This document shows, piece after piece, positions 23,520-36,154 of a stretch of 64,000 nucleotides of DNA (position 1 is the first letter of the stretch; each line of letters opens with the position of its first letter). The translations under genes and the position numbers were made by a program. A model generated the notes under the pieces. That model was not told where the DNA came from. It did no database searches and saw only the letters and a list, made by a program, of their open reading frames with translations. This DNA comes from Podarcis cretensis (Eukaryota): the NCBI GenBank assembly GCA_951804945.1, contig OX638158.1, forward strand, positions 17,732,001-17,796,000, in the 5' to 3' direction.

Positions 23520-26500
23520 GTACCTTCCAGTCTTCCATCTTGTGTTTTTCTTTTCTTACTACATTTTTATGCAAAGGTTCATAACAACCTGTGTGCTAGC
23601 TTTACAGACTGGTCCCTTCCTAAGCTGCAAGTTCTTTTATTAAATTATCTTTTTAAACAAATGAATTAAAATTCACCATTTCCCTTCTCTATCAGATCTT
23701 GGGCTTCTCTGCCTGTGAAGCTACCTAAATGGCAAGTTTCCTTAGCCGGGTTTCATTTGCTCTGAAAATACGTTTCACCTCTTCAGGACAAAGTTTTGTC
23801 CAATTATTGCAAAAAGGTGGTAATGCATATAGGTTACCCATCTGCCTAGCTTTCCTTTAGGAAATAAAACTTGGTTGTGGCAAGGAAGCTTCCACTTTGC
23901 CCAGCAAGATGAAAAAGAGAAGAAAGTAATTGATATAAATTTGTGTTTTTTAATTCACTGTGCCTTGAATCAGCATTAGCACCCTCATAAGGGACCATCA
24001 CAGAACAGCCCCAGCAAGTATCACATGCTCTCTGCAAAATCATGCACAGCTTCAAGGCGTGTGAAACAGAAATTCAATACAACATGTGAAACAGTTGTTG
24101 TCGTCGTCATCTACTGTTAATGGAATGAACCTCTACACTTGATGGCCTGGTCTAATGAATGGTACTTGGAATTAACATAGATGAAAGACATTAAGAGCAG
24201 AACTAGATGTTACTGCACACACAGGACTGCTACTGAAAACCCAAAACTCTGCATGTAGTCTTCTGCCCACACACCCTTCTTAATGCCCAGTGAAAATTGC
24301 TATGCAACGTGATGTCGTCACTCTTGACTTTCCCTGCCTCCATCCTTCTTCATTGGGTGCCGAGGTGAGAGAATTCACTGCAAGACATTGCATGGTGAGT
24401 TTCACTAGACCTTACGAGGGAGGAAGAAGTAGTAATGAGAATACTGTTTTACCTGTAGCCCTGTGTCTGCCATAATGTCTAGTTCACCCGTGGGAGAGAA
24501 CATAGTTAGATGATTTCCTCACTTGACATATTCTGCCACTCCTTCCTTGAGAAACAAGTAGAGGCAAATACACAAAAGCCCAGGTTATTTCACATGATCC
24601 ATTTACCAGAGGTGTAAAAGGCAACCTACTTGGTGAAAATGAATTTAACTTAATTTTGAGAATATGTAAAGACGAGTAACCTTTTGTTATACTGACCTTA
24701 AGTTTGGGAGGGAAATGTAACCAAATTGACTTTCCTCAAAACAGCCTGGAAGAATTGTTTTTCTGCTTTGTTTGAAGCTTGGATTGACACACTGAAATTT
24801 CCAATAGGAATGCGGTAGGATTATCAGTGACCGGACAATCAGTGCACTAAGAACAGATACTACCTGAACATTACACTTAATTATTACAATGTATTTCTTT
24901 TTATTATGATGTATATCCTGCCCTATTCTGAAATCTCCTGGTAAATAACATCCTATTTGAGACAGATTTAACAATATCAAAGGCAACACAGGATGAATTA
25001 AATTTTAATCCCTTGTGTGCTGTCCTTGACCACCAAATGCCACCCCAGTTACAGGAGACTTTCCCTACCTGTGTTAGATACCCAGGTTTTGGCAAATCTT
25101 AAAAGATTAGGAATTCCATAATTGTGGATTAGCCCTCGGGAAGTCTCATGTATCCTTATAGTTGAAAATTACTTTGCAGAGAGTGGCCTACAGTGATCTT
25201 GGCACCTGCAAGGGAGCCCCAGGGAGGGAACTGTGTGGGACTTAATCTCTTTAAGATTGAAACCAGCAACATCTAGTGCACCACAATCACAAACTGAGCA
25301 TCATACCTTCTCCTTATTTTCAAAGGCAGTCTTCCCTAAAGCTACATATGTTGAGTTAATGAGTACATTTTGATAGTGCCATCACCACTAGCTGCCCAAA
25401 CTTGCTTATTTTATCCTGCAGTTGACTCTGGTTTAAAATGCTTTTTTCAGGCTTTCAGAGTCATTCTTGTTGCATCAGAGAGAATTTGATTGCCTCCAAC
25501 TTGAAAGGGAAAGAATCTATAGAGAATATGTTTTGGTAGGACTGCAGAGTGCAGCTTTTTGCTAGTGGTAGCTCACAGCATCAGCTGGGGCCAAATCATG
25601 TACTCGTCATGTCGAACTTAATCCCTGGAATACTTTTACAACTATTTAAATATTGTTGTTTAAATTGTTTCATAAAATGAATGCAGGTATATAGTTTTAA
25701 AAGAATAGAAAGAATTATGCACCTCTACATTCAACAGTCTACAGCCATCTCAAACTCTTTTTTTTTTTTTTGTCACCTGACATTCATTTCATTGTCCCCC
25801 AGCATCCTTATGGGTGGTGTCATCAGAATTTGAGGAGCTTTGCAAACAACTGAGGGCTTTACTTGCCACACTTCATGGGCAGTGGTGGTGCTTTGGCAAG
25901 CAGAAAATTATTAGAGATGGCTTTAGATATCTAAAATGTGATGGGGAAGTGGAGAGGGAGAGACAAATGAAAAGGTTGGCTTATTTTGGGGCCTCACAGG
26001 TGTGCCTATGAGTATTAATAATTGCCTTTTGAATTCAGGATTTATAGCTGAAAGATGTCCATATTCAGTAATCCCATGAAAAATGGACTGTTAATGGGGC
26101 ATGCTCTTATTTCATGAGACGAGAGAATTATTAATTTTTTAGATTTTCATGTGCCTTAAAACCTCTTTTTCCTTACACACCTTCAATATCAGCAGTAACT
26201 TATTTCTGTATACTGTCCAAACAACCTTGACTGCCTTATGCAGTGTATATAGTATTGGCCAAACTGATATGCCTTGCAGACTACAGTTACAAAGCCTTAT
26301 TCTCTTAATGGCTAGTAATAGGTTTGCTGGAAAAGGAGCTTCTGCTTTGGTAATGCAGATGGGAAGAGAACACCTTCCCCAAACTACCCATTCTTTATTG
26401 TTAAAACAGCTTCCTTGTGTATGAGTTAATTAGAATTTTGTGTCCATTTCACGCAAGACTTATTCTACATTGATACTGCTTCTATTGTTAGGAGCATTGC

Positions 26501-26811
26501 ATGCACCCTTTAACATGGGACAAATACACAAAAGCTCTCCTACTATGTGCACTTGTGGTGAAACAGACATGGTATGTGCTTATCATGTTGTAATAAACAC
26601 ACAGCATACATGCCCTTGCCATATGTAGACGGCATAGACACTGTACATAGGAAGTGATTTTCTGCCTGGAGCACTTTTGTACACTTTCTATGCTACTTTA
26701 TATATTGAAAACTAAAGTTCATCTTATTGTGTGATGTGTCAAAGGAACATACTTTGTGCATTCCATAAACAGCCCAATGCACTTTGGTATTCCAGGCAGA
26801 AAATGCAAGTA

Positions 26812-27062
26812 CAGTCGTACCTTGGAAGTCGAATGGAATCTGTTCCAGAAGTCTGTTTGACTTCCAAAACATTTGGAAACCAAATCGCAGCTTCTAATTG
26901 GCTGCAGGAAGCTCCTGCAGCCAATCAGAAGCTGCGGAAGCCCCATCAGATGTTTGGATTCCAAAAGAACGTTTGCAAACTGGAACAATCACTTCTGAGT
27001 TTGCGGCATTCGGGAGCCAAAACGTCTGAGTTCCAGGGCATTGAGGATCCAAGGTACGACTG
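26812..27062. mobile_element. Tc1/mariner-type MITE, family B copy 1
   Basis: Termini CAGTCGTACCTTGGA...TCCAAGGTACGACTG, left TA; inverted homolog at 34738-34971. Confidence 0.85.
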
Positions 27063-28516
27063 TGGTGCCCTTTACTACTTGGTAGTAATAATAATTAATT
27101 ATAGTTTGGTGGCCTTTAATGGTTTTCCTCAAAATATCTGGCACCTGAGGCCAACTGGCTCAGCTTGCATAACAGAAGGTCCAAACCTATCTTGACCCAA
27201 GTGAAATTTTTGAGCATTGGACAAACTCTGACACCAATTTTCTTGAGTCTGTCATGGTGCTTCCTTCTTAGGGGTTGAAACTAAAGTAACAATTGACATT
27301 TTATTTCTGATTAGAAATAAATTAATTTGAAAAGTGTCATCCTGGAAACACAAGGAAACACTTTATGATGAGCAGTTCAGAGGATTTAAGTCTTCCATAC
27401 ATATTTTTGTTCTCTTGAGTTAAGTGACCCTAAAGTCTGTTGCATACATCATTACTGCTTTAATAAGGCTCTTCATAGTTTACCAGAATGTATAAAGATT
27501 TCCAAATGTTATATACTCCCAGCAGACATTGACATGATTATTAGGCATACTGGATGCCCTATTTAAACTGGAGGGGTTTTCGTTTGGGTCAGAATGGAGA
27601 CGCTTTGTAGAACATAGTTATTTTAGGGGAAGAACCCTTACATTCTGCAGAAGGGGCATGCCAACTGCTTAGTTTTTCCTAGCTATGTGGTGTTGAGTTC
27701 CTTGCCCAAATCCAGACACCCCTGGCCCATGTGGCCATTTCATGTTTCCTACTTCTGACAACACATCCTATAAAACAGTATCTGCCATTTATGGAAAGTG
27801 ATCGCAGGAATGTAGATGTGTGAGAAAAGTTACCAAAGAATTGGCTATGCCCTTAGCCTTCCCAAGACCAATCTTACATGCAAGATCCCAGATTCCATTG
27901 GGCTTGTTTATTGATTTACCCTGGAGGTGAAAAAACTTACCAAAAAGAAGCTGCAAGAGTGAAGACCCTAGTATTTTTCTGGTTGCTTAGCCGACACAAA
28001 ACGATGTAGCTGAATAAAAAGAAGGATGAAATGAGAAGACCCAGCCCAACGCCTTCCCCTACTCTCTTGAATGGAGATGTATCTTTCCCCAAATTCCCTC
28101 CCTACTGGAGAATGTTTGTGGATCCTTCCTTAATGTCCCCCAAAATAACAGTGCAGTGCCTCATCTTGATACAAACCAGTATAGGTGACAAATCCTCATA
28201 CAGAGTCCAGCCTGCTCTCCTTCTCTGCCTGGAAATCCATGCCTGCCTGTCCTCCCTGCCTATTTACCAGGGAATACTTTATCCTCCCCCTGTCTTTACA
28301 GTATATACCGTATATATGTATGTGTATATATTTATTATAGAGTTGCATGATTTCTTGTTTCTTCTGTTTCTGTCTCTCTCTTTCCCTGTCTTGCTTCTCT
28401 TATGTATGCAATTTCTCTTACAGAGTGCTTTGAATCCTGGGCAGGGAGTGGGGAGGGCTAGCAGGGGTGGGTACTTGAACCAATAACTCTCTCTCTTCAC
28501 CGATTCCTTGTTGTAG

Positions 28517-28567
28517 ACTATTGGGGAGAGTCTTATTACAGTGACCTCATCGACTTGCACCTGGGTG
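28517..28567 (+). CDS. MICAL3: MICAL3 cassette exon, 51 nt, phase 1-1 (DYWGESYYSDLIDLHLG)
   Basis: ttgtag / gtatgt sites; frame-preserving insert within bMERB; ACTAAC at 28597. Confidence 0.8.
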
Positions 28568-31366
28568 GTATGTATGGCAGAAACCTCTTTGCTGGCACTA
28601 ACCCTGCTGACACCTGCTCCCGCCACCCTCTCCCTCCACCTACTTCTTTCCATCCCTGGCTCCTCACAAGCAATGAGAAGAAACCAGTCTTGAACCTAAT
28701 TGATTGGCTAGGGCACAACCCCTTTTCCAGCTCGGAGGAGAACTAGAAGTCCTTAATGAGCAGTGTTTTGGAATCGTAGAATCTCACAACTGCAGAGTTG
28801 GCAGGGACCCTGGGCTCGAACCACCAGCCATCTAGTTAACAGTCAGATGCACAATTGGGCAATGTCACATGAAGTCTAGGCTTTTTGCAAAACACCCCAG
28901 TGACGGGGGCGGGGGGGCGGGAATGGTTTCCATTGTGGTTTCCTGTAGGAAAACAACTAGGAATGAAAGTGGAAGAGATGTGCAGAAGTGCAGAGAATTT
29001 ATTTCTCATCACTTTTTGAATATTAAACCCCTTCTCAAGGGTTGATTTTTTTACTCTTTTCCCCACCAGGATAAACCTCTGCACCAACTTAAAATAACCT
29101 TTCCTGAGAAAGAAGTTTAATATTCAAAATTTGTTGGGCAACAAATTGTCTTTTGTACACATTTTGAAATTTTTCCTTTTTTTATTCTGGGATTCATTGG
29201 AGGCCTGATCCAAAGTGTCACGTGCTGAGTTCTGTGCATGCACAGGGGACTCTCTTGTAAGCTGAGTGCCTTCTTTTTCCTCCAACACAATAATACTGGA
29301 GAAACCATTTTTGAAACATGGAGGTAAAAAACCCTGAGTCATCTCCTCCTCCTCTCTCCATTGGTGACATTTAAGAATTTCAGTCCATGGAAGGTTACGC
29401 CATAAAAATGTGTTAGTATTTAAGGTGTTTTTGCCGCAGTGTTCTAATTTGACTATTCTTCTGGCATTTAAAAATGTGTAGTGCCACATTATTGCAATGA
29501 AAGACTTCACATTCATTTTGTGGCAGCCAATGAAAGGGAGGGGGACAAGGAAGTGCAATATTATATGTTGCATGTTTTTAATTTCTAAGCATTGCAGGGG
29601 ATCCAGGAAGAGGAGAAAGAGAGACATGGGATTGCTGCTCTTGCCAGTGGTCAGTGTCTGCTGTGAAAAGTAGTTGTAGCTTGAATGTAGTTTCAGGTGG
29701 TGGTGCTGTAATGAAAAATAGAGGGACCTCTGGGGTACATGTACAAGACTTTAGCTAAAGGAGCTCTCTGGATCATGGCCTCTTTTCAAACTTCATAATT
29801 TAACCTGGAGTAGCTAACCTTTGAGATGTTGTTGAACTACAGCTCTCATTAGCCCTGACTGTTAGCCATGCTGTTTGGGACTGATTGAGGGCCATAGGTT
29901 AGCCACCTCCAGTTTAGCCCCTAAACTTAGTTGTGCTATGCATTTTGTTGATAAGTAAATCCAAGCTATTGATTAGAATTTTCTTCCCAAAGATAATCTA
30001 GCACTTATATACTTTATTCTCCCTCAAGGATTGTTCCCAATCCTCAAAGCAGTGACAGCTGCCCCCTCAACACACTTTGTTACACTTTATATTTTCTTTT
30101 TAACTGCTATGCTTCTTTAAATACTGTTGCCTGTTATTGTAGGGAAAGTTGTACAGATTATCACACTTAATCCGCACTGCCAAACTACAATTTGAGTGCT
30201 AGAGTTACTATAGATGGATGGGTTGCCAGGAGAGTACACAAATGTTACACATGCCCTGTCATTTCTGAAATTAAAGAAGAGTTTGAACAAACCTTCAGAT
30301 GGTATTCACAGGCTCTTTCTCTTTCCTTGTGTAAAGTTCATCCTCAAAGATCACCCCAACATGATACAGTTCCTATTCTTTTCTCTTTTTTGTCTTTCTT
30401 CCCCCCACCCCCATGTATAGTGACTTTTTTATGAACACCCCCCACTCTGCAGTAATATTACAACTTTAACACAGGCCAGCACAAATTGTGTCCCATCAAG
30501 CTTACTGGTCATGTATTATGACATTGCAGGTACTTGATAGCCTTCCTGTTTTTGCAGTCTGAGGCAAAACAAAACATCAGATGTTGCTTGAAACCCTGGT
30601 GGGCTACATTTGACATGGTGGGTTACCAGTCATGCAGGACTGATTCAACACATCTTTGGTACTACAGCTGTTTTCCAAGGTGTCTTAAATTCTGGTCCTT
30701 ACTCCTTGGGAGTTGGTGACAGAAGGATGTATTGCCAAGTCTCCTTAAGGTGACTGTTGTATATCACTAATGTTTTTGAACTATTGCTGTGTCACTTCCA
30801 TAAAAATCAAGCAAGCTACCCGTGTTCTTCAGACTGACAGTTTGCAGGTTAAGGAGATCAACAGTGTTTTGTGGTTTCAACCCTCATAGTTTAGAAATAG
30901 GTAAGTGGTGGCCCAGGAAGTTATAGGCCCCCAGGAATTTCCTAACTTGGCCCTATCATAGTCCCAAATCTCAAAGGGTTCCCCTTTCATTATTTTGCAC
31001 CATTCCTCCATGCAAAGGAGACATAGACCCTTTCTTCCCCATTGTGAGCAGCAAAATGCTCTGCCAGTTTTCACCTTCCATACTTCAGCAGCTGACATGG
31101 AAGCCAAATACAGAGGTCGGTTTGGAGAGTGCCTGAGGTGCTTGGCCACCAAACTATTTCTTGTTTTAACATGTTGTGGGAGATAACAGAAAGATTTAAG
31201 CCCTTTCTCCATGCCTCCACTCACCTGGAGTCAATCAGTAGGTGGAGCAAATGCTGTTGGCTCTCCAGCCCTTGCTCAAAGCAAAATGACACATCCCTGC
31301 TAGAAAGAGTTGCTGGCTCCTCTCTGGAGACCAGTGCTTTGCCTATGTGGGGTTTCTTTCCAAGTG

Positions 31367-31384
31367 TGCCGCTAGGGGGCATTG
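31367..31384 (+). promoter_or_regulatory. Candidate CTCF site
   Basis: TGCCGCTAGGGGGCATTG closely fits the CTCF core CCnCnAGGGGGC. Confidence 0.55.
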
Positions 31385-31573
31385 TGTGCCCACAGACAGA
31401 GCTGTAAAAGGGTTAATGCAAAGTTACACCTAACAGGTCCTGCTCCTAGCTGATGCAGCTCCCACACTTCCTTCTCCTCCCCCCCCCTTCCCTTCCTAAT
31501 TCCCTCTTGAAGGCAGCAGTCCTGTCATTTTTGCTAACAGTGGCTTTAAAAAGTAGTCATCGGAGTCATTTAA

Positions 31574-31919
31574 AGGGACACTGTCGTTTTTCACGTTAAC
31601 TAACCTCACTTTCTGTCATAAAGAACTAGCCTAAGTAAATTAATAAATCTCATTTGCTTCTCACGATTATATCCTTTTGTTCCCTACATTTCCTGTTTGG
31701 ATAAATGTACGCAATATTAGCCATGGTTACTTCTTCCCTACACTTTTGGGGTTTTAAAGGCATTTTTATTTTTTTTATTTTTGCTAGTTTCAACTCCAGC
31801 CCAGATAGCAGTAATAATTCACAATTCCAAATGGAAGATCATTATTATTTTAATCTGTCTTGATTTCTTTCTTTTTCTTTAATCTCCAGCAGAAAACTTC
31901 ACTACTTGGCAGTATCCCT
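31574..31919. mobile_element. TTAA-flanked Kolobok-like non-autonomous DNA transposon
   Basis: TTAA|AGGGACACTGTC...GGCAGTATCCCT|TTAA, 10/12 inverted-terminus match. Confidence 0.6.
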
Positions 31920-34046
31920 TTAAATAAAATGCAGTGTTGTGTGCAGAAAAAGACACACGTGGCTTTGTAGTGTTAGTTCTTTTTATACTCCTCTGTGACT
32001 GGTGTTTGTTCAGTACTTCCTCACAGGGCTGCCAGAGTGCTCAAGAGTCACTGTAGTGTAGGGCCTAAGAGGCTGAACTGTGAGCTAGGGAATCCCTGGT
32101 TCAAACCTCACCTCTGCTGTTCTCACTGAGCCACCTTGGGGAAGTATGGGCTTAATAATGGCTGCCTTAAATGGTTGCATATAATACGTTTCTATGCCTG
32201 TTGTAATAGATATAATAGGATGATTGGTTTGAATAGCCAAGGCACTTCACAAAGCACCGTATAAATGCTAAAATTTATATATACTTCTAAAGGCGCTGCC
32301 AGAAAGTCCTCTCCTTCATCTTGCCAGTAAATGTAACCAATGGGTCTCAGCCTGAATTGACTTCTGCATTCACAATGGGTTCTGCTCAAGATAAAGGAGG
32401 AAACATGTTCCAGCCACGTTCTTGCTATTCCCTGGGCATATGTTCATTTGCGAACCGGCTACTAAATGCTCTTGCTTTGATACGAGAGAGATTCAGCGTG
32501 CAGGTGTATTCTTACGACCCCTACAGAAACAGTTGCTATATATGGCAGAGATATATGATGCACCCGTGAATGCCTGCGCATGTTCTTGTATGGCATATGC
32601 ACGGCCTAAGAAATTCTCAGCAGTCATGGCTTGATCACCTGGTGAGTACAGGAGAAGGATGTTGTGCTGAGAAGGGGCTCAGTTCAGGCATTTCCTTCTC
32701 ATCACGTCAGGTGTTCAGTGCCAGCAGCAATTTCGGGTGCTGGCATGAAGGTGTCTCCCATTATTCTTGGTTTGGACTCCAATATCCATCATTGGAAGCA
32801 AAATTCCAGTGGTTTACATTCAGGGCTATCGGTGCTAAGCTCCAAACCCTTTGGTCAGACTCATACTCCAGCTGGGTCAGTGGGTTAGATGGAGGCAGAT
32901 TGCACAATAAAGCACCAGACCTTAGCAAGGGGAGTCCGGAAAGCTGTGCCAGGATCAAACCAAGGTCAGAAGGGATCAGTCTAGTCCAAAAGTAATCCAG
33001 GACAGCATTGGTAAGCTTGGGGTCCAGGGTTCAGCGACTGATGAGCTCTAAAAAGGAAGCAGGGGGAGGCAAAGGAGTCAGGTTCAGAAGTAAGGAGCTG
33101 GATGGTGGATTGTTTTCAACAAGCAGCAGACTCCAAATGAAGCCTGATATAGCCTAGAATCCCAAACCATGCCATCACCAGCTTCAGGTGCTTAAGTCTG
33201 CCGTAAGAGCCTTTGCTCTTGAGTTTTGTTGGTTACAATAAGCCTTTGACTCAATAATTACACAGCAACACAGTGTGCATTCCCTCACTGACTAGCTGCC
33301 TGGGCTGGATCTTCTGGCCCCAATGTCTTTGAAGCCTGAGAGGTTGATTCAGCCTCCCCCTTTGACTTTGCCTGGGCTTCTCTGCCAGTGGTGGCTCAGG
33401 AACACACCACAAGGTCCTTTCAGAGCAAACTCTAGTAGTAAGCTGTGGCAGAGGCCTTCTGGTATACCAGGGACTTCAGAACTGTCATTATAGAGGTGGG
33501 GGGAAATATTTCACTTTGGGTCAACGATCAGGAGGTCTTGATGATATTGGGTTGAATGCATGTTGATTTTATCCTTAGCTTGTATAGCAAATTAATTTTC
33601 AATTTTATTGTGTAATAGTAAAATGTATCCAGTAGCCAGAATCTTTTTGGATGTCTCTAAGTGATATTGGAATAATTATTTTTAAGCACTAGCAAACCAG
33701 GGCAAAAGAAGGCAGTGGTGTAGCCAACAGTATCAAGGAGTGTAGAGGCAGTACTGGTCTCTTGGCATGTAAGGAGTCAGTTCCAAGGACTCTGTAGCAG
33801 GAGGAAAACATGGTTATCAGCATTTGATGCCAATGCCAGGCTTATGGCTGAGTAATCCTGCACTGGAAGAAAGGAGAAGTATAATTGATTATAAAACAGA
33901 GTTGATCAGAGATGGAGGGGCAGGTCTGACAGATGTTCACAAGAGAGATGTTCAGACTAAAATGCAGAGGATCAAACATGGCTCAAATAGAAATTTATAC
34001 TTCCCCACTTCTCTCTGGATTCACCTTACCCAGATGGGCAGGGTAC

Positions 34047-34125
34047 TAATAATAATAATAATATAATAATAATAATAATAATAATTAATATTACTATTAC
34101 TACTACTACTACTACTACTACTACT
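34047..34125. repeat. Compound (AAT)n/(ACT)n microsatellite
   Basis: Directly visible. Confidence 0.9.
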
Positions 34126-34737
34126 CAGTGGTTCAGCAGTCACCCTTGCTTCAGTTCCCTGACTTGACTTTTTTGCCTGGTGATGCATAATGCAGGACAC
34201 TCTTCTCCAACTCTTCAGTGAATTCTTGAGTTTTGGAACACCTGATGCTAAACCTAAGTGATCCTATGATGCCATTATGCATGCTGATTTGAATACATCA
34301 CACTTATAGGCTGATTATCAATATCCAGTGAAAAGGGGGGAAGGGGTGTTTCATATTAATTATATATCACATACGGTATCATATGCAGAAGACTAACTGC
34401 AGCCAAATGTATGGAATTTGGGTTTGCATCCAGTGTTAGCATCCAGTGCACATATGTGTGCATGCATTTGTACAGTGGGTTTATCTGTTTTAAAGTTATT
34501 TTAGTGCTGCAATAATCTAGGGTTAAATATATTTCAAAAACCAGGAGTTTTTTGTTTGTTTTTTACAAAAATGCCAAAACAACGTGGTGTCCAGGAAATC
34601 CAGACATATGGAACCCTATAATAATCCACTGTAAGCTGTACCTGTAGTGCTTAAACAAAAGGGAGACATTTATAGTAATAAAGTAACATCTTTGGGTCTC
34701 ATGCGTCTTACTGTCAACTTTTTTTGCAATGGTAATA

Positions 34738-34971
34738 CAGTTGTACCTTGGATCCCGAACACCCTGGAACTCAGATGTTTTGGCTTCTGAATGCCGCAAA
34801 CCTGGAAGTGATTGTTTCGAATGTTCTTTTGGAACCCAAATGTCCGACAGGGCTTCCGCAGCTTCTGATTGGCTGCAGTAGCTTCCTGCAGCCAATCAGA
34901 AGCTGCACTTTGGTTTTGGAAGTTGAACAGACTTCCGGAACTGATTCCATTCAACTTCTAAGATACAACTG
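34738..34971. mobile_element. Tc1/mariner-type MITE, family B copy 2 (inverted relative to copy 1)
   Basis: CAGTTGTACCTTGGA...AGATACAACTG; reverse complement aligns to 26812-27062. Confidence 0.85.
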
Positions 34972-35520
34972 AGTTCAGTTAATGCAAGATGACTGTGCAT
35001 TGCATCAGAACGTAGGCACCTGTACTTCCAAGCAAACTTGCATAGAACTGGATTCTAAGATTCATTTAGCTTGGGCATTTTTGTTTCTAGTTTAGGAAAC
35101 ATACACTAAATAATGATCTTTTGCTGGATGCATTCTTTGTGTTGGAACTCTGCAAGTATCTGAGCTACATAAGATCTATTTCAGTTCATGCCCTAAGCAA
35201 AACAAAAAGGAGGGTGTGATCATGTTCAAGTTTGATGCCTTGCTGCATGGTACTTGAAGGCATTTCTTGACCAAACCCAAAGTGAGTTGAGTTGCCGCTT
35301 GATCCTAGTTGGCGTAGCAAAAAATTGATCAGGATCAGTCTAGTTTTTTAATAAGATATGTATTTCATAAATTGCTGCAGGCTTTTAAATAGTGTCTCAC
35401 TAGTCAGTTACCAGTGGTGAATCATCATCTCTTGGCGATGGGAGCTTTTATAAATTGTTAAGACATTTTGTTCTGAGTGTACTTTCAGGCGGTCTGTGTG
35501 CTACACATAACTTGCTAATA

Positions 35521-35801
35521 CAGTGGTGCCTCGCAAGACGAAAAACTCACTAGACGAAAGGGTTTTCCGTTTTTCGAGGCGCTTCGCAAGACGAATTTCC
35601 CTATGGGCTTGCTTCGCAAGACGAAAATGTCTTGCGAGTCTTGCGAGTTTTTCCCCTTCCCCCCCCCCTTTTCTAAGCCGCTAATAGCCGCTAAGCCGCT
35701 AATAGCGCTAAGCCGCTAATAGGGGTGCTTCGCAAGACGAAAAAACCGCAAGACGAAGAGACTCACGGAACGGATTAATTTCGTCTTGCGAGGCACCACT
35801 G
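35521..35801. mobile_element. Young Tc1/mariner-type MITE, family C
   Basis: Perfect 23-bp TIR CAGTGGTGCCTCGCAAGACGAAA, TA on both sides, CpG-rich. Confidence 0.92.
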
Positions 35802-36000
35802 TATAGGCATTTGCTGATGAGCAATAGAAATGTTTGCTGTCTAGTAGCCTTTGTGATCTTTTTTTGCTTTAAGTTCAGTGATGCGGAGAAAGGATTTATC
35901 CATTTATATTATTGAATTATCTGTATACATAATGGACTATTCAACACATCTTTACTAATCGATGCTATGAATATTCTCTGTGGATTATCCATGGAGTTGG

Positions 36001-36105
36001 ATAAGACATTCTATAAGACATTCTATTAGACATTCTATAAGAAATTCTATTTTATTGTTGTTAGCTGCCCTGAGCCCGGCTTCGGCTGGGGAGGGCGGGA
36101 TATAA

Positions 36106-36150
<45 letters not shown>
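36001..36150 (+). repeat. 12-bp tandem (ATAAGACATTCT x~4) followed by LINE 3' tail with (ATT)n
   Basis: Directly visible; tail GCCCTGAGCCCGGCTTCGGCTGGGGAGGGCGGGATATAAA(TTA)n. Confidence 0.7.

Positions 36151-36154
<4 letters not shown>

Noticed and set aside
32840-33495. Possible old minus-strand solo LTR
   Set aside because: Composition is suggestive but I could not find clear termini or a TSD
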